Notes: generated from the letters alone by a model not told the origin. A DNA stretch of 64,000 bases from Bacillota bacterium (GCA_017889725.1 JAGGAE010000007.1:3860-67859); one strand, 5' to 3'; shown: positions 44,892-57,149, numbered from the stretch's first letter. Program-made: numbers and translations.

Positions 44892-45644
44892 TTAAAATTT
44901 GCTGTAGATTTCAGCCCGCCATAGCCGCAGGCGAAACTCAAAAAGACCAAACCGCGTCCGGGGAATACCAATCCTTTTTAATCTGTAGGCATTCGCCCCC
45001 GGTTTATTAAGGCCGGTTGTTCCGGTGCATGCCCCTGCATAACCGGCCTGACGCAAAATATCAAACATAGAAATATCATAATTGCCAAAAGGATATGCCA
45101 GAAACTCAACCGAGCGACCGGTTTTCTCCTCAATAATTCGCTTGGACAATGTTACTTCCTGCGCCTTCTGCTCGCTCTCCAGTTCACTAAGCACCGCATG
45201 GCTTACGGTATGAGACCCGATTTCAAACTCCTGTGCCTGCATGTCTTTTATTTCTGCCCAAGTAAGGTATCCCGGCTGATCAACTTTGTCGGTAATGACA
45301 AATACAGTACCGATCATTCCATACTTTTTCATTATGGGAAGCGCCGTAGTATAGTTGTCCTGATATCCATCGTCAAAAGTAATGACAATAGGTTTAGCGG
45401 GAAGCTCTGCTCCACCTAAAAAAGACTGCGTTAGCTCATGTAAAGAAATGGCTGTATAGCCTTGTTCCGTCAAATATTTCATTTGCCTGTCAAATTCTTC
45501 CGGGCTGACACTGTAAATATCTTCATTATCATTCACACAATGGTAGGCAAGTATAGGTACTCCTTTTGCCGGCAACGCTAACCAGCAAACCGCCAAAATA
45601 AAAAGTACGAGAGTAACAAGTGCTATGTTACCCCTCCTACTCAT
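44892..45644 (-). CDS. polysaccharide deacetylase (NodB homology domain), membrane anchored
   Basis: N-terminal TM, then TFDDGY and GSHTVSH NodB motifs. Start ATG 45642-45644 after GGAGG, overlapping the whiA stop. Confidence 0.8.
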   Translation of the reverse strand: MSRRGNIALVTLVLFILAVCWLALPAKGVPILAYHCVNDNEDIYSVSPEEFDRQMKYLTEQGYTAISLHELTQSFLGGAELPAKPIVITFDDGYQDNYTTALPIMKKYGMIGTVFVITDKVDQPGYLTWAEIKDMQAQEFEIGSHTVSHAVLSELESEQKAQEVTLSKRIIEEKTGRSVEFLAYPFGNYDISMFDILRQAGYAGACTGTTGLNKPGANAYRLKRIGIPRTRFGLFEFRLRLWRAEIYSKF

Positions 45645-46593
45645 GACGAGAATCCTCCAAATTTTGGGCAATTTGCTCAAGTTTTCGTAATCGGTGGTTA
45701 ATACCTGATTTTCCAACCTTACCATCCATAAGGAAAACCAGCTCATTTAACGTAGCTTCGGGATACGCCAATCTAATTTCGGCCGCTTCCCGCAGCGTCT
45801 CCGGCAATCCCGACAAGCCAATGGTACCGGCAATATGCTTTATTCTTTCTACTTGCCGTACAGCGGCGTTAACTGTCTTCTGCAAGTTGGCGGTCTCACA
45901 GTTAACCAGACGATTTACTTGATTGCGCATATCTTTTACAACCCGGACGTTTTCAAAGGTAAACAAGGCGTTCGTGGCACCAATGATCCGCAAAAAAGAG
46001 GTAATGGCCTCCCCGTCCTTCAAATACACAACATACTCCTGCTTACGATCTGTAATTTTAACCGGCAGCTTGAAGGATTTCAGTAAACGGATCAAGATTT
46101 TAGCAAACTCCTGATTTCCGGTTACCAGTTCCAGGTGATACTCTCCCTCGGGTTTGTTAACTGACCCGCCGCCAAGAAAAGCTCCTCGAAGATACGCTCT
46201 TCGGCAGCATGCTCGGCGTAATAACCCGGTATATTGACTACTAGCGGCAACCCCCGGCATAATGCCCAAGGTTGTAAATAAGCCAGCGGTAGCGAGAGAA
46301 GGCACCACCCGAATTAGATAGGAGTTGGCTTTTTTAAGCCGCCGTCCTCTGGTAACAACAACTTCCGTTTTAAGTTCAAAGAGACGCTTTATCAGCATAA
46401 GCGCTTTACGCGCCACAGCCGCATTTTCCGTAGTAAAAGAAATTCCCAAATTATTATTTCCACCTATCAGCATAGTGCCACCCATGCGCATGAGCGCCGC
46501 CAGTTCAGATAGGTTACAGCAGTTTTGCCCGTCTGTTATCCGGGCAAGTTCATTCTTTACATCTGTAGAAAATGACAATATACTTTCACTCAC
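45637..46593 (-). CDS. whiA: DNA-binding protein WhiA
   Basis: 318 aa. LAGLIDADG-like region and C-terminal HTH (SGINHRLRKL). rapZ-yvcK-whiA synteny. Confidence 0.9.
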   Translation of the reverse strand: MSESILSFSTDVKNELARITDGQNCCNLSELAALMRMGGTMLIGGNNNLGISFTTENAAVARKALMLIKRLFELKTEVVVTRGRRLKKANSYLIRVVPSLATAGLFTTLGIMPGVAASSQYTGLLRRACCRRAYLRGAFLGGGSVNKPEGEYHLELVTGNQEFAKILIRLLKSFKLPVKITDRKQEYVVYLKDGEAITSFLRIIGATNALFTFENVRVVKDMRNQVNRLVNCETANLQKTVNAAVRQVERIKHIAGTIGLSGLPETLREAAEIRLAYPEATLNELVFLMDGKVGKSGINHRLRKLEQIAQNLEDSRHE

Positions 46594-46615
46594 TTTGCCC
46601 GTTATTAAACTATCT

Positions 46616-47971
46616 CTAGTCTTTTGGTTCCTTAATATGTTCCGCGATAAGATAGTAATCCAAAAGCCGCATGCGGTCTGAACATACCTTTAATTTATAA
46701 ACCATAGCCATGATAGCCCGGGATAATTTCAGAGGGTCATGTCGAACCAAATTTGTTTCACTGATAAGGTTAGCCTTGGATACTTTAACCCCCAATGCTT
46801 CAACCGCTTCAATATCAGCCTTTACAGGAAAAGCACCTTGACGGGCATACACATCCAGTAGTTGCGGCGCAATATCTTGCGTATTTAAAAGTACATAGTC
46901 AATAACCCCGCTGCCAACATGGTCAATAATGGCTTTCACATGTTGCGAAGCCGCATATCCATCCGTTTCCCCCGGCTGAGTCATGACATTGCAGATATAT
47001 ATTTTTACTGCTTGTGTCTGACGGAGAGCATCTGCTACACCAGGTACCAGTAAATTAGGCAAAACACTGGTATATAAACTGCCCGGCCCCAAAATGCAAA
47101 CGTCAGCATCACGAATGGCTTCCAAAGCACTATTAACCGGTAAAACGGCTTCCGGCCGGATAGCTACTCGTTTGATGGCCTTGCCGGCTTCCGAAATATG
47201 AGACTCTCCCTCAATAATACTGCCATCCTCCATTTCCGCTACAAGCATGATGGCTTCCGTAGAGGAAGGCAGGACTCGGCCGCGCACTGCTAAAACCTTA
47301 CTTGATTCTTTTAGAGCCAGTTCAACGTCACCAAGGACTTCAGCCATAGCAGCAATATACAAGTTGCCAAAACTATGACCGGATAAAGCCCCTGCACCGC
47401 CAAAACGATGCTGGAACAGTTTTTCCATCAAAGGCTCGGTATCCGCTAACGCCACTAAACAGTTACGTAAATCACCCGGCGGAATAATACCCAAATCCTC
47501 CCGAATACGTCCGGAAGACCCGCCGTCATCTGCTACCGTCACAATCGCTGTAGCATTGCTAGTTACATTTTTTATACCCCGTAAGAGCACAGACAAGCCT
47601 GTCCCTCCACCAACTACAACCACCGCAGGACCCCGGTTTAACTTTCGTTTTTGGAAGATGATCTCTACCAGCCGTTCAGAGCCGGAAGGCACGAGTACAC
47701 TGATTACGGAATGAATAATTCTGCTGGTGGCAAACGTCATCACAGCAAGACCCAACGCCGATATAGCTATTCCAGCGATAGTGGTGACCGCATAATAATA
47801 CTTTCCGGTAGCCCGGTACATCAACCGAAATATACTCTCTTCCACCAAACCAATATATTTGTAGTTGAAAATAATCGCCAACCCAAAGCTAACCGCGATC
47901 ACACCAACCGAGAATAACAATAACCAGCGCTTCAGCTTCATTCCGGGGTATAGCCACTTAAGATAATGCAT
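46616..47971 (-). CDS. yvcK: YvcK/CofD-family gluconeogenesis/cell-shape factor with an N-terminal membrane extension
   Basis: VVVGGGTGLS and GPGSLYTS motifs. About 110 aa N-terminal region with hydrophobic helices. Confidence 0.85.
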   Translation of the reverse strand: MHYLKWLYPGMKLKRWLLLFSVGVIAVSFGLAIIFNYKYIGLVEESIFRLMYRATGKYYYAVTTIAGIAISALGLAVMTFATSRIIHSVISVLVPSGSERLVEIIFQKRKLNRGPAVVVVGGGTGLSVLLRGIKNVTSNATAIVTVADDGGSSGRIREDLGIIPPGDLRNCLVALADTEPLMEKLFQHRFGGAGALSGHSFGNLYIAAMAEVLGDVELALKESSKVLAVRGRVLPSSTEAIMLVAEMEDGSIIEGESHISEAGKAIKRVAIRPEAVLPVNSALEAIRDADVCILGPGSLYTSVLPNLLVPGVADALRQTQAVKIYICNVMTQPGETDGYAASQHVKAIIDHVGSGVIDYVLLNTQDIAPQLLDVYARQGAFPVKADIEAVEALGVKVSKANLISETNLVRHDPLKLSRAIMAMVYKLKVCSDRMRLLDYYLIAEHIKEPKD

Positions 47972-48007
47972 TCTTACACCCCTTAAACGTTAACATCCAA
48001 AAGCCAT

Positions 48008-48886
48008 TCACTCTTCTACCTGATTATGTTTGATATCCCTATGTTCGACGTCCGCCTTAAATCCCTTGCCGCGCAATCCTTCCGCAATTTTCTCAGCCAC
48101 AAAAACCGAACGATGGAGCCCCCCCGTACAGCCAATCGCAATAATTAACTGACTTTTCCCTTCCTTAATATAATTGGGTACTAAGAAGTCAATCAACCCG
48201 CCTAGTTTTTCCATAAACTGCTTGGTAATCGGCCATTTTACAATGTATTCGCCGACTTCCGCCGTCCGGCCGCTTTTGCGTCTAAGCGAATCAACGTAAA
48301 AAGGGTTAGGCAAAAATCGAACATCGAACACCATATCAGCGTCAAGTGGAATGCCATATTTAAACCCGAACGACACCACCGTAATTGTCATACGGTCCCT
48401 GTCCCGTTCATCCGTAAACAAGGTGACTATTTTCTCTTTCAATTGAGAAGCGGCAAGATCCGAAGTGTCAATAATGTGCGACGAACGCCCCCGTATGAGT
48501 TCGAGACGTTCCCGTTCCCGGGTAATACCCTCACTTACGCGCCCTGTAGGAGCCATGGGATGACGGCGGCGAGTTTCTTTATAACGCCGAATCAGCGTTT
48601 CATCCGAAGCTTCCAGAAATAGGATTTCATAGCTTATCGCCTGACATTCCAAATCTTCCAGAACGGTAACCAAGGTATCAAAAAATTCGCCTCCCCGAAT
48701 ATCAACAACCAGCGCAATTTTATTCACCTTACCGGCTGATTGAGCACAAAGTTCAGCAAATTTTGGAATCAGCATGGGCGGTAAATTATCCACACAAAAG
48801 TAGCCTAAATCTTCCAGCACCCTACTTACTTGCGTCTTTCCCGCACCGGACATACCTGTAATAATTACTAAATGAAAACTTTCCAC
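48008..48886 (-). CDS. rapZ: RNase adapter / nucleotide-binding protein RapZ (YvcJ)
   Basis: 292 aa. Walker A GMSGAGKT and C-terminal CTGGLHRSV. Confidence 0.9.
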   Translation of the reverse strand: MESFHLVIITGMSGAGKTQVSRVLEDLGYFCVDNLPPMLIPKFAELCAQSAGKVNKIALVVDIRGGEFFDTLVTVLEDLECQAISYEILFLEASDETLIRRYKETRRRHPMAPTGRVSEGITRERERLELIRGRSSHIIDTSDLAASQLKEKIVTLFTDERDRDRMTITVVSFGFKYGIPLDADMVFDVRFLPNPFYVDSLRRKSGRTAEVGEYIVKWPITKQFMEKLGGLIDFLVPNYIKEGKSQLIIAIGCTGGLHRSVFVAEKIAEGLRGKGFKADVEHRDIKHNQVEE

Positions 48887-48890
48887 TCGA

Positions 48891-49610
48891 TCACCTCCTG
48901 TTATTGCGTCTTCGTAAATGTTCCTCGATTTTTGTTACCGATGTGTTAAGCAGTTGCTGGGGCAGGAGACCCGTTTGGCTGATTAACTTTTCTGCAGCCG
49001 TAAAATCACCTACGGAAAAAGCAAAGTGACTGTCTGTTCCTAAAACAATCTTACATCCGTATTCTTTAGCTAAATTGAGAAGGTGATAGCACCGTGGTAA
49101 ACTGCCGCTGCGCGAGACAGTCAGTGAGCTGTTGTTGATTTCCAGAGCTACATCATATTCCGCCGCCGCTTGAACTACCTTCCTGTCATCTATGATAAAT
49201 TCCGGATTTCCCGGATGAACAATAACGTCTACCCAAGGGTTCTTCATTGCCGCAATCATCATATCCGTATTTTCTTCCGCCGTTCCGCTCGGAACACAAA
49301 CCGAATGAAGCCCGGCAAGCACAATATCCAGTTTTGCTAATATGCGTTCACTTAAATCAAGAGTCCCCCTACTGTCAAGAATATTCGCCTCTATCCCCTT
49401 TAGCACCCTGACCCCATAAATAAAACCCGGCAATGCTACTAAATTAGAAAAGTGATAGTGATGCGGTGCCCCCGGCATAGCCGGTCCATGATCGGTCAGG
49501 GCAATCATCAACAGTTCTTTCTCAGCTGCCGCTTGGGCAATTTCAAGCACCGTACTGTAGGCGTGTCCGCTAGAAATTGTATGAATATGTAAATCAGCGA
49601 CAAACTGCAT
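48891..49610 (-). CDS. PHP-domain phosphoesterase (YcdX-like)
   Basis: ADLHIHT N-terminal PHP motif, TDHGP, GTDSH. Start ATG 49608-49610 after GGGGGAAG. Confidence 0.75.
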   Translation of the reverse strand: MQFVADLHIHTISSGHAYSTVLEIAQAAAEKELLMIALTDHGPAMPGAPHHYHFSNLVALPGFIYGVRVLKGIEANILDSRGTLDLSERILAKLDIVLAGLHSVCVPSGTAEENTDMMIAAMKNPWVDVIVHPGNPEFIIDDRKVVQAAAEYDVALEINNSSLTVSRSGSLPRCYHLLNLAKEYGCKIVLGTDSHFAFSVGDFTAAEKLISQTGLLPQQLLNTSVTKIEEHLRRRNNRR

Positions 49611-49746
49611 AAGAACTTCCCCCTTATTCCTATACCAATTATAGGCCAGTTTGGCTAAAAAATCAAAATGCCAATCTAATTCCCAGAAAATAAGCAAGCT
49701 GACAAGCAGTTTTGTCAGCTTACTTATTTGTATTTTACTCCGCAAA

Positions 49747-50556
49747 TCACTTCGATATATTCCCCAATACATATTTTTCAATAGCTTCAGCTACGCCATC
49801 CACATCGTTAGCTGAAGTAACGGCGTCCGCCGCCGCTTGAACTTCCGGCATGGCATTAGCCATGGCTACGCCCCAGCCCGCATACTGGAGCATGGGCAAA
49901 TCATTTTGCGAATCCCCCACCGCCATGACTTGTTCCCGGGTAATTCCCAGATGCTTTGCCAGAAGTGCCAACGCTCGCCCTTTACTAACCATCGGATTTA
50001 CTATTTCTAAATACCGGGGCCCGGATACCGCTAAATTGACTCGCGGCCCGAACACTTCGTTCACTTTTTCGCGAATCCGGGTAAGCAGAACCGAATCGGC
50101 TATGGCCATCATTTTCGAGGGCGTGCCTTCAAGAGTATAGAAAGCATCACCCAAAGCTATAGCAGCAATCCCTGTCATACGTTTATAATAGTCGGAATAC
50201 TCATTAGCCTGGGCAACATAAAGTTGATCATCAATATAAGCCTGTAAATACCAGTCATGTTCCTTAAACAACGCCAGCATTTCCCGCGTCGTCGCCCTAT
50301 CTACCGGTAAATCAAACAGCGTTTCTCCGGATTTACCCCATTTTATCAGTGCCCCATTGTACGTGATAATCGGTACATCCAACCCCAATTCAAGGACATA
50401 AGGTAAGGCCGACTGATACATTCTCCCCGTCGACACAGTAACAGTAACTCCCGCTTCTATAGCCCGTTCAATTGCCCGGCGATTCCTTGCCGATATAGTT
50501 TTGCTCTTATCCAGTAATGTATCATCCAGGTCCAAAGCTATAAGTTTAATTGCCAT
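49747..50556 (-). CDS. Cof-type HAD-IIB phosphatase
   Basis: DLDDTLL motif I, STGR, GDSQND motif. Confidence 0.85.
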   Translation of the reverse strand: MAIKLIALDLDDTLLDKSKTISARNRRAIERAIEAGVTVTVSTGRMYQSALPYVLELGLDVPIITYNGALIKWGKSGETLFDLPVDRATTREMLALFKEHDWYLQAYIDDQLYVAQANEYSDYYKRMTGIAAIALGDAFYTLEGTPSKMMAIADSVLLTRIREKVNEVFGPRVNLAVSGPRYLEIVNPMVSKGRALALLAKHLGITREQVMAVGDSQNDLPMLQYAGWGVAMANAMPEVQAAADAVTSANDVDGVAEAIEKYVLGNISK

Positions 50557-50582
50557 GAAAGAAACCTCCGTGTATAACGTTA

Positions 50583-50608
50583 AAACAAAAGCACCTCCCG
50601 GGAGGTGC
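50583..50608 (-). terminator. terminator after the holin-like gene
   Basis: Palindrome gcacctcccgggaggtgc followed on the minus strand by TTTTGTTTT. Confidence 0.65.
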
Positions 50609-50627
50609 TGCTATTGCCCGTTCGACC

Positions 50628-50981
50628 TCATCGATCATGAATCATTTTGGATAGCGTTATGCTGCACACCGTCATTACCATCACACCGAGAGCAGGAAAC
50701 AAAAAACTGGAAATCTGGCAGCCGGGTATTGTTTTTATTAACATGAACGGAGCCAGCAAATTGGTGATAAAAGTGCATCCCCCAAGAGGAACAATATCTA
50801 AGGGAGCTGACAAAAAGGAGAATACGGTTCGGATGGCAGCATTGACCAGTCCAATGATTGCCGCTCCCAGGAGCGTACTCCCTAACGTATCAATAAATAT
50901 ACCAGGCATTTTTATAGCCACTAGGAATAATACCATGGCATTAATGATAATGCGCAAAAGGAACCCTGACACTACTTCCAT
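50628..50981 (-). CDS. small 4-TM membrane protein (phage holin family IV / YvlD-like)
   Basis: 117 aa, four hydrophobic segments. The LRIIINAMVLFLVA start resembles DUF360-type proteins. Confidence 0.55.
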   Translation of the reverse strand: MEVVSGFLLRIIINAMVLFLVAIKMPGIFIDTLGSTLLGAAIIGLVNAAIRTVFSFLSAPLDIVPLGGCTFITNLLAPFMLIKTIPGCQISSFLFPALGVMVMTVCSITLSKMIHDR

Positions 50982-51047
50982 CCTCCTTACACGGTATCAA
51001 CAATTGTATTATACTCTCACAGTTAAGCAACCGCAATCTTCTATTCT

Positions 51048-51563
51048 CTATTTATTCCTCTCCGGTTCTTTTTCTTCCCACTCAAGCAACGCTCGTTTTA
51101 CCTCAATCCCTCCGCCAAATCCAGTAAGGCTACCGCCTTTTCCTAGTACCCGGTGGCAGGGTATTACAATAGGAGTTCTATTAATATGAAGAGCCCCCCC
51201 TACTGCCCGCGCCGCTCCGGGCGAACCTACTGCCGCCGCCAACTGGCCATAGGTCGTTACTTCGCCATAAGGAATACGGTATGTATGCGCTAATACGGCT
51301 GCTTGAAACTGAGTATAGCCTGTCCAGTCAATCGGCAAGTCAAACTGTACTTTACCTCCGTCAAAATACCGTCTTATTTCGTTGGTTACTGGATCAACAA
51401 ACAGCTCTTCTCGCGCCTTTTGTATTCCTTCTACTATAGTAATATCCGCTAAAGCCTGTTCTTTATCCCGTCGGGGAAACCCATTTTGCCATAACCCCCG
51501 TTCAGTCCATATCGCCGCTACAAACCCCCAGTCGGTTTCAAAAACAGTATATACCTTTTTCAT
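51048..51563 (-). CDS. ogt: methylated-DNA--protein-cysteine methyltransferase
   Basis: Active site IPCHRV and YGQLA..G.P.A.RAVG motif. Confidence 0.88.
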   Translation of the reverse strand: MKKVYTVFETDWGFVAAIWTERGLWQNGFPRRDKEQALADITIVEGIQKAREELFVDPVTNEIRRYFDGGKVQFDLPIDWTGYTQFQAAVLAHTYRIPYGEVTTYGQLAAAVGSPGAARAVGGALHINRTPIVIPCHRVLGKGGSLTGFGGGIEVKRALLEWEEKEPERNK

Positions 51564-51639
51564 AACTTCATCCCCCGCCATTACTATGCAATAAAGAGGA
51601 ATCCTACGGTAAGTCCGGTACCTTTACTCCGCTCACTAT

Positions 51640-53013
51640 TTATTCTAAAGCCGCTGCCAAAGCATCTACTACCGAGTCCACGCCGATAAGTTTCAAAGAG
51701 GTGGGTATCGTCAGTCCTCGCAAGTTTCCCTTGGGAAGAATAATACGTTTAAAACCCATCCGTTCGGCTTCCCGAATCCTCATTTCCGCCTGAGATACCG
51801 CCCTTACTTCACCGGCAAGCCCAACTTCGCCAAAACTAACAGCGCTTGCAGTAGCATTAACATTACGATAGCTAGAGGCTAAAGCAAGAATAATCGCCAA
51901 ATCCGCCGCCGGCTCATCTACTTTAATTCCCCCGGCAACCTTAACATACACATCGCAGTTTCCCAGCATGAGTCCCACTCTTTTTTCCAATACCGCCAAT
52001 AACAATTGCATCCTTTTTACATCCACACTATCCGAAGTACGGCGCGGCGGAACAAAGGGCGAAGCGCTTACCAGCGCCTGAATTTCTACCAAGAGCGGTC
52101 TTGTTCCCTCCAGAGTAGGAGTTACCACGCTGCCAGGCACTTCGGTGGGGCGTTCCGCTAGAAAAATCCGGGACGCATCCGGAATATCCACCAGCCCGGC
52201 ACTGCGCATTTCAAACAGCCCTATTTCATTCGTACTGCCAAACCGGTTTTTCACCGCCCTAAGGACCCTGTACTGAGCACTGGAATCCCCCTCAAAATAC
52301 AGCACGGTATCTACGATATGTTCTAACGTCCGGGGGCCGGCCAGTGTACCATCCTTTAAAACATGCCCTACAATCAAGGTTGTAATCGAGTGAGTTTTTG
52401 CTATACGCAGCAATTGAACGGCACTCTCCCTCACCTGGCTAATGCTGCCGGGCGCACTCTGAATATCCGGTCGAAAAATCGTCTGAATGGAATCGATAAC
52501 CACCAAAACAGGTTCGAGCTTGAGTACATGCTGTTCAATAATTTCCAGGTTGGTCTCACTTAAGACAAACAACTGCTCCGATAGCGCCCCTAAGCGTTCC
52601 GCCCTCATTTTTATCTGTTTTGCGCTTTCTTCGCCGGTTACATACAATACCTTCCCCTGGGTTTGGGCTACATTGGCACATACTTTGATGGTTAAACTGG
52701 ATTTACCTATCCCCGGATCACCAACAACAAGGGTTAGCGATCCTGGAATAAGCCCTTGTCCCAGCACCCGGTCAAGTTCCGATGAGCCGGTACTAAAACG
52801 CGGCACCTCATCACTATTCACTTCCCCTATCGGCAAGGGGGCTTCCCCACTCGACAGACCTAAATCAAGTCCGGCCCTTACGGTGCTTTCCTTACTCACC
52901 GGTTCTTCGACCATGGTGTTCCAAGCACCGCAGCCGCTGCACCGTCCTACCCATTTAGGCGTTTCAAAACCGCATTCCTGACAAAAAAAAGCGGTTACCT
53001 TTCGTTTTGCCAT
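51640..53013 (-). CDS. radA: DNA repair protein RadA
   Basis: N-terminal Zn finger CQECG...CSGCG, Walker A GDPGIGKS, KNRFG motif, Lon-like C-terminal domain. Confidence 0.95.
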   Translation of the reverse strand: MAKRKVTAFFCQECGFETPKWVGRCSGCGAWNTMVEEPVSKESTVRAGLDLGLSSGEAPLPIGEVNSDEVPRFSTGSSELDRVLGQGLIPGSLTLVVGDPGIGKSSLTIKVCANVAQTQGKVLYVTGEESAKQIKMRAERLGALSEQLFVLSETNLEIIEQHVLKLEPVLVVIDSIQTIFRPDIQSAPGSISQVRESAVQLLRIAKTHSITTLIVGHVLKDGTLAGPRTLEHIVDTVLYFEGDSSAQYRVLRAVKNRFGSTNEIGLFEMRSAGLVDIPDASRIFLAERPTEVPGSVVTPTLEGTRPLLVEIQALVSASPFVPPRRTSDSVDVKRMQLLLAVLEKRVGLMLGNCDVYVKVAGGIKVDEPAADLAIILALASSYRNVNATASAVSFGEVGLAGEVRAVSQAEMRIREAERMGFKRIILPKGNLRGLTIPTSLKLIGVDSVVDALAAALE

Positions 53014-53101
53014 TCCTTTCTATTCCCCCTAAACAAAAACAAGGTACGACAAAATTCTATCGTACCTTGTTCGAGAAATAAAAGCACTATTCCTGCTTGG
53101 T

Positions 53102-55552
53102 CTATTTTTTCGCGAAAACCAGTTCACCATCTCCCCCGGCGTCTACCGTGATGATATCTCCGGCTTTTACTTCGTTTTTCAGCAACATTTCAGCAATTGC
53201 GTCTTCCACCAATTTTTGAATAGCCCGGCGGAGAGGGCGCGCCCCATATTCAAAATCACTACCGTCTTTTAAAAGACGGGTCTTAGCGGCTTGTGACACT
53301 TCCAGGCTTAACTGATTTTCATCCAACCGCCGGGATACCGTTTGCAACATGATATCTACTACCTTCGTCAGCTCTTCTTCACTCAGGACGTCAAAGACAA
53401 TAATCTCATCCACCCGGTTTAAGAACTCCGGCCGGAAGGTCTTGCGCACTTCTTCCATGACACGGTTTTTATTGTTCGTAGAGGACGCCTCCGAACCAGC
53501 CAAAAATCCAAGCGCCGCCGCGTCTTTTTTCATATGCTTGGCACCGGCATTCGATGTCATGATAATCACAGTGTTTTTGAAATCTACTGCACGTCCTTGG
53601 CTGTCTGTCAGCCGGCCATCTTCCAGAATTTGCAGCAACATATTAAATACATCAAAATGCGCTTTTTCAATTTCGTCAAATAGTATAACGGAAAAAGGTT
53701 TACGTCGAACAGCATCGGTTAACTGGCCGCCTTCTTCATAACCAACATACCCCGGAGGTGCTCCGACCAGGCGTGATACCGTATGTTTCTCCATATATTC
53801 CGACATGTCCAGCCGAATCATAGCACTCTCATCGCCAAACATAGCTTCGGCTAATGCTCTCGCCAATTCAGTTTTGCCAACCCCCGTAGGCCCAAGGAAT
53901 ATGAAGGAACCAATGGGACGTTTGGGATCTTTAAGTCCAGAGCGAGCCCGGCGCACGGCCCGCGCTACCGCGTCTACCGCAGCATGCTGCCCAATAACCC
54001 GCTTGTGCAGCACTTCTTCGAGTTTTAACAGGCGTTCGGCCTCTCCTTCCGCTAGTTTTTTAACCGGAATTCCCGTCCAATTTGCCACAACTTGGGCAAT
54101 GTCTTCCGCCCCCACAGTAATACTTGCATTACTGCTTTGCTTCCAATCCTTCTGCTTGCCTTCCAGTTCATCCCGCAGGTTCTGTTCCTGATCCCTTAGA
54201 CTGGCAGCTCGCTCATACTCCTGCGCCGCAATAGCCCCTTCCTTTTCTGTCCGGACTTTGGCCAATTGCCCTTCCAATTCTTTTACATCTGGAGGTGTTG
54301 AAAAAGCATTTAACCGTGCTCTTGAGGCTGCCTCGTCCATTAAATCAATGGCTTTATCGGGCAGAAAACGATCAGTTATATACCTGTGAGATAATTTAAC
54401 AGCAGCTTCAATAGCATCATCACTGATTTTAGCCCGATGGAAAGCTTCATACCGATCTCTGAGTCCCTTTAGAATATTAATCGCATCTTCTACATTAGGT
54501 TCGCCCACTTGAATGGGCTGGAACCGACGTTCCAGAGCCGCATCCTTTTCGATATGCTTTTTATATTCATCTAACGTAGTAGCACCTATAGCCTGCAGTT
54601 CGCCGCGGGCTAGTGCCGGTTTCAGTATATTTGCTGCATCAATAGCCCCTTCTGCAGCTCCGGCACCAATTAACGTATGAAGTTCATCAATGAACAATAT
54701 GACATTTCCGGCTTGACGGATTTCATCCATTACTTTTTTCAACCGTTCTTCAAATTCGCCTCGATATTTCGACCCGGCCACCATCGAGGCCATGTTTAAA
54801 GAAACTACACGTTTCCCCCGTAAAATCTCCGGTACATTGCCGGTGACAATTCGCTGCGCCAAACCTTCGGCAATAGCTGTTTTCCCAACCCCCGGTTCAC
54901 CAATCAATACCGGGTTATTTTTGGTTCTCCGGCTAAGTATCTGTATAACACGCTCAATCTCTTTTTCTCTGCCAATGACTGGGTCAATTTTATTCTCTTC
55001 TGCCAACTTATTTATGTCGCGGCCAAATTCATTCAGAGCCGGAGTGTTAACCTGACCGGCGCTTGCAGCTGCACCGGGACCGTTCTTAGGCTGCGGGGCC
55101 TGCCCCGACATCGCAAATCCCCCTAGAAGCTCAATCACCCGCTGACGGACGACATTAATATCCGCCCCTAGACTTGCCAGCACTTGGGCTGCAACACCTT
55201 CGCCCTCACGAATCAGCCCTAACAACAGATGTTCCGTACCAATATAATTGTGGCCCAAACGTCCGGCTTCTTCTACAGACAGCTCTATAACCATTTTGGC
55301 TCTCGGAGTGTAGGGAAGTTCATTTCCCTGTCCGTTACCCCTGCCAATCACCTTTTCTACTTGGCTTCGAACCATATCCAGTCTTATGTCCAAAGTAGCC
55401 AGAGCTTTGGCCGCAACACCTTCGCCTTCATGCACCAACCCCAGTAAAAGATGTTCAGTACCTATATAACCGTGCCCTAATCTCACCGCTTCCTGCTGGG
55501 CCAACAGTAGCACTTTCTTCGCACGTTCAGTAAATTTATTAAGCATTTTCAT
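53102..55552 (-). CDS. clpC: ATP-dependent Clp protease ATP-binding subunit ClpC
   Basis: 816 aa. Clp N repeats, two AAA+ modules ([16 protein letters not shown]), UVR-like linker. Confidence 0.95.
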   Translation of the reverse strand: MKMLNKFTERAKKVLLLAQQEAVRLGHGYIGTEHLLLGLVHEGEGVAAKALATLDIRLDMVRSQVEKVIGRGNGQGNELPYTPRAKMVIELSVEEAGRLGHNYIGTEHLLLGLIREGEGVAAQVLASLGADINVVRQRVIELLGGFAMSGQAPQPKNGPGAAASAGQVNTPALNEFGRDINKLAEENKIDPVIGREKEIERVIQILSRRTKNNPVLIGEPGVGKTAIAEGLAQRIVTGNVPEILRGKRVVSLNMASMVAGSKYRGEFEERLKKVMDEIRQAGNVILFIDELHTLIGAGAAEGAIDAANILKPALARGELQAIGATTLDEYKKHIEKDAALERRFQPIQVGEPNVEDAINILKGLRDRYEAFHRAKISDDAIEAAVKLSHRYITDRFLPDKAIDLMDEAASRARLNAFSTPPDVKELEGQLAKVRTEKEGAIAAQEYERAASLRDQEQNLRDELEGKQKDWKQSSNASITVGAEDIAQVVANWTGIPVKKLAEGEAERLLKLEEVLHKRVIGQHAAVDAVARAVRRARSGLKDPKRPIGSFIFLGPTGVGKTELARALAEAMFGDESAMIRLDMSEYMEKHTVSRLVGAPPGYVGYEEGGQLTDAVRRKPFSVILFDEIEKAHFDVFNMLLQILEDGRLTDSQGRAVDFKNTVIIMTSNAGAKHMKKDAAALGFLAGSEASSTNNKNRVMEEVRKTFRPEFLNRVDEIIVFDVLSEEELTKVVDIMLQTVSRRLDENQLSLEVSQAAKTRLLKDGSDFEYGARPLRRAIQKLVEDAIAEMLLKNEVKAGDIITVDAGGDGELVFAKK

Positions 55553-56612
55553 TACCCTCCTTTATTTTTTCTCGAATAAGCTGCGCTCTCAGACAATCCC
55601 GGTCATTAGGTGGCACGTCCCGTCCGGCCAACTTTTGCAAAAAATTTGGCCGGGTCGTTACGATTAATTCGTTGAATACAGTTGCCGGAACACCGCCGAT
55701 AATGCCTATATCAATACCCAATCGTACTTCGCTAAGCAAAGTCATTGCCTCTTTACCTGTGACGCTGCGAGCATACCGAAGCACTCCATAAGCGCGCCAT
55801 ACCCGGTCCGCCACCGCGTCTTTTGAATTCTCTACAAGCATTTTACGAGCGGTACGCTCCTGGTCTACCACTTGTTTCGCGATGCTTTGCAGGTTGTCAA
55901 TAATCTCCTGCTCACTATATCCTAATGTTAACTGATTCGATATTTGAAAGATGTTTCCGATAGCCTCACTGCCCTCACCATACAAGCCCCGGACAGCCAG
56001 CCCCAATTGAGTCGCAGCCGCAATAATCCGGTTAATCTGCCTGCTTAACGCCAGTGCCGGGAGATGAACCATCACGGAAGCCCTAAGACCTGTTCCGACA
56101 TTGGTCGGACAAGCGGTAAGATAGCCGCACTGTTCCGCAAAAGCAAAATTTTGTTTTGCTTCCAATATATCGTCCACACGATTTGCCGTGTTGATTGCCT
56201 CCTGTAGATTAAGTCCCGGCTCCATGCACTGCAGCCGCAAATGGTCTTCTTCATTCACCATGATACTTACGGCAGCGTCATCACGTACTATCAAGGCACG
56301 ATCAACGGGTTCTTCGGCAAAATTCGGACTTACAATATGCTTTTCCACCAAAATGCTTCGTTCCAGCGGTGCCAACTTATCCATTTCCACGAACATATAG
56401 ATATGATTGTCGGCAGTGCTTAAATCATTGACTGATTTACGAACAAGCTCACCCACCTGAGCCAGTTTCTCCTTATTTGCCCGGTTGGGAAAGGGGATTC
56501 CTTCCAAGTTGCGAGCTAAACGAACCCGGCTCGACAACACGATGTCGCCTTCCGGTCCACCGCCAGCCATACCTGGTGTAACCGGCTGATCTAATAGTGT
56601 ATCTAATAACAT
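55539..56612 (-). CDS. mcsB: protein arginine kinase McsB
   Basis: 357 aa. Phosphagen-kinase-like NEEDHLR and TNVGTG motifs. Confidence 0.92.
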   Translation of the reverse strand: MLLDTLLDQPVTPGMAGGGPEGDIVLSSRVRLARNLEGIPFPNRANKEKLAQVGELVRKSVNDLSTADNHIYMFVEMDKLAPLERSILVEKHIVSPNFAEEPVDRALIVRDDAAVSIMVNEEDHLRLQCMEPGLNLQEAINTANRVDDILEAKQNFAFAEQCGYLTACPTNVGTGLRASVMVHLPALALSRQINRIIAAATQLGLAVRGLYGEGSEAIGNIFQISNQLTLGYSEQEIIDNLQSIAKQVVDQERTARKMLVENSKDAVADRVWRAYGVLRYARSVTGKEAMTLLSEVRLGIDIGIIGGVPATVFNELIVTTRPNFLQKLAGRDVPPNDRDCLRAQLIREKIKEGNENA

Positions 56613-56629
56613 TTTTGCTTTCTCTCCTT

Positions 56630-57133
56630 TCAGGCTTGCAGCCGTTTTTCCATATCCTTTATTTCATCCCGAACTTTAGCCGCTTTCTCGTATTCTTCAC
56701 TATTAACATAACGGTCCAGTTCTAGTTTTAGTTGTTTTATTTTTCGCTTCAGCGACAGATTGCCACCGGAACGTTTCGGCACCTTCCCTGTATGACTGTT
56801 GGTTCCATGAATGCGGCGAAGCAACGGTTCCAGCCGTTCCCCATAAGCGACGTAGCACTCGCCACAGCCGACTTTACCGCTCCGGCTAAAATCGCTGTAG
56901 GTCATCCCACAACTGGGACAAGCCGTTTCCTGATACTGTGGAACGTTGGGAACGCTATAATTAAACATCCCCTTTAAAAAGTCCTGAACAGAAAATTTAT
57001 TATCGGTTGCAAACTTAATTTCTCCGTATTTTTGCGCGCATTCTTCACACAAATGCTTTTCTGTTTTTTGATTATTGATGATTTTGGTGATATGAACACT
57101 AACCGGCCTTTCCTTACAATCATCGCATAACAT
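56630..57133 (-). CDS. mcsA: McsA, activator of protein arginine kinase (UvrB/C motif, Zn fingers)
   Basis: CxxC pairs (CDDC..CEEC, CPSCG..CGEC) and a C-terminal UVR-like EEYEKAAKVRDEIK. Confidence 0.9.
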   Translation of the reverse strand: MLCDDCKERPVSVHITKIINNQKTEKHLCEECAQKYGEIKFATDNKFSVQDFLKGMFNYSVPNVPQYQETACPSCGMTYSDFSRSGKVGCGECYVAYGERLEPLLRRIHGTNSHTGKVPKRSGGNLSLKRKIKQLKLELDRYVNSEEYEKAAKVRDEIKDMEKRLQA

Positions 57134-57149
57134 ACTGATCCCCTCCTCC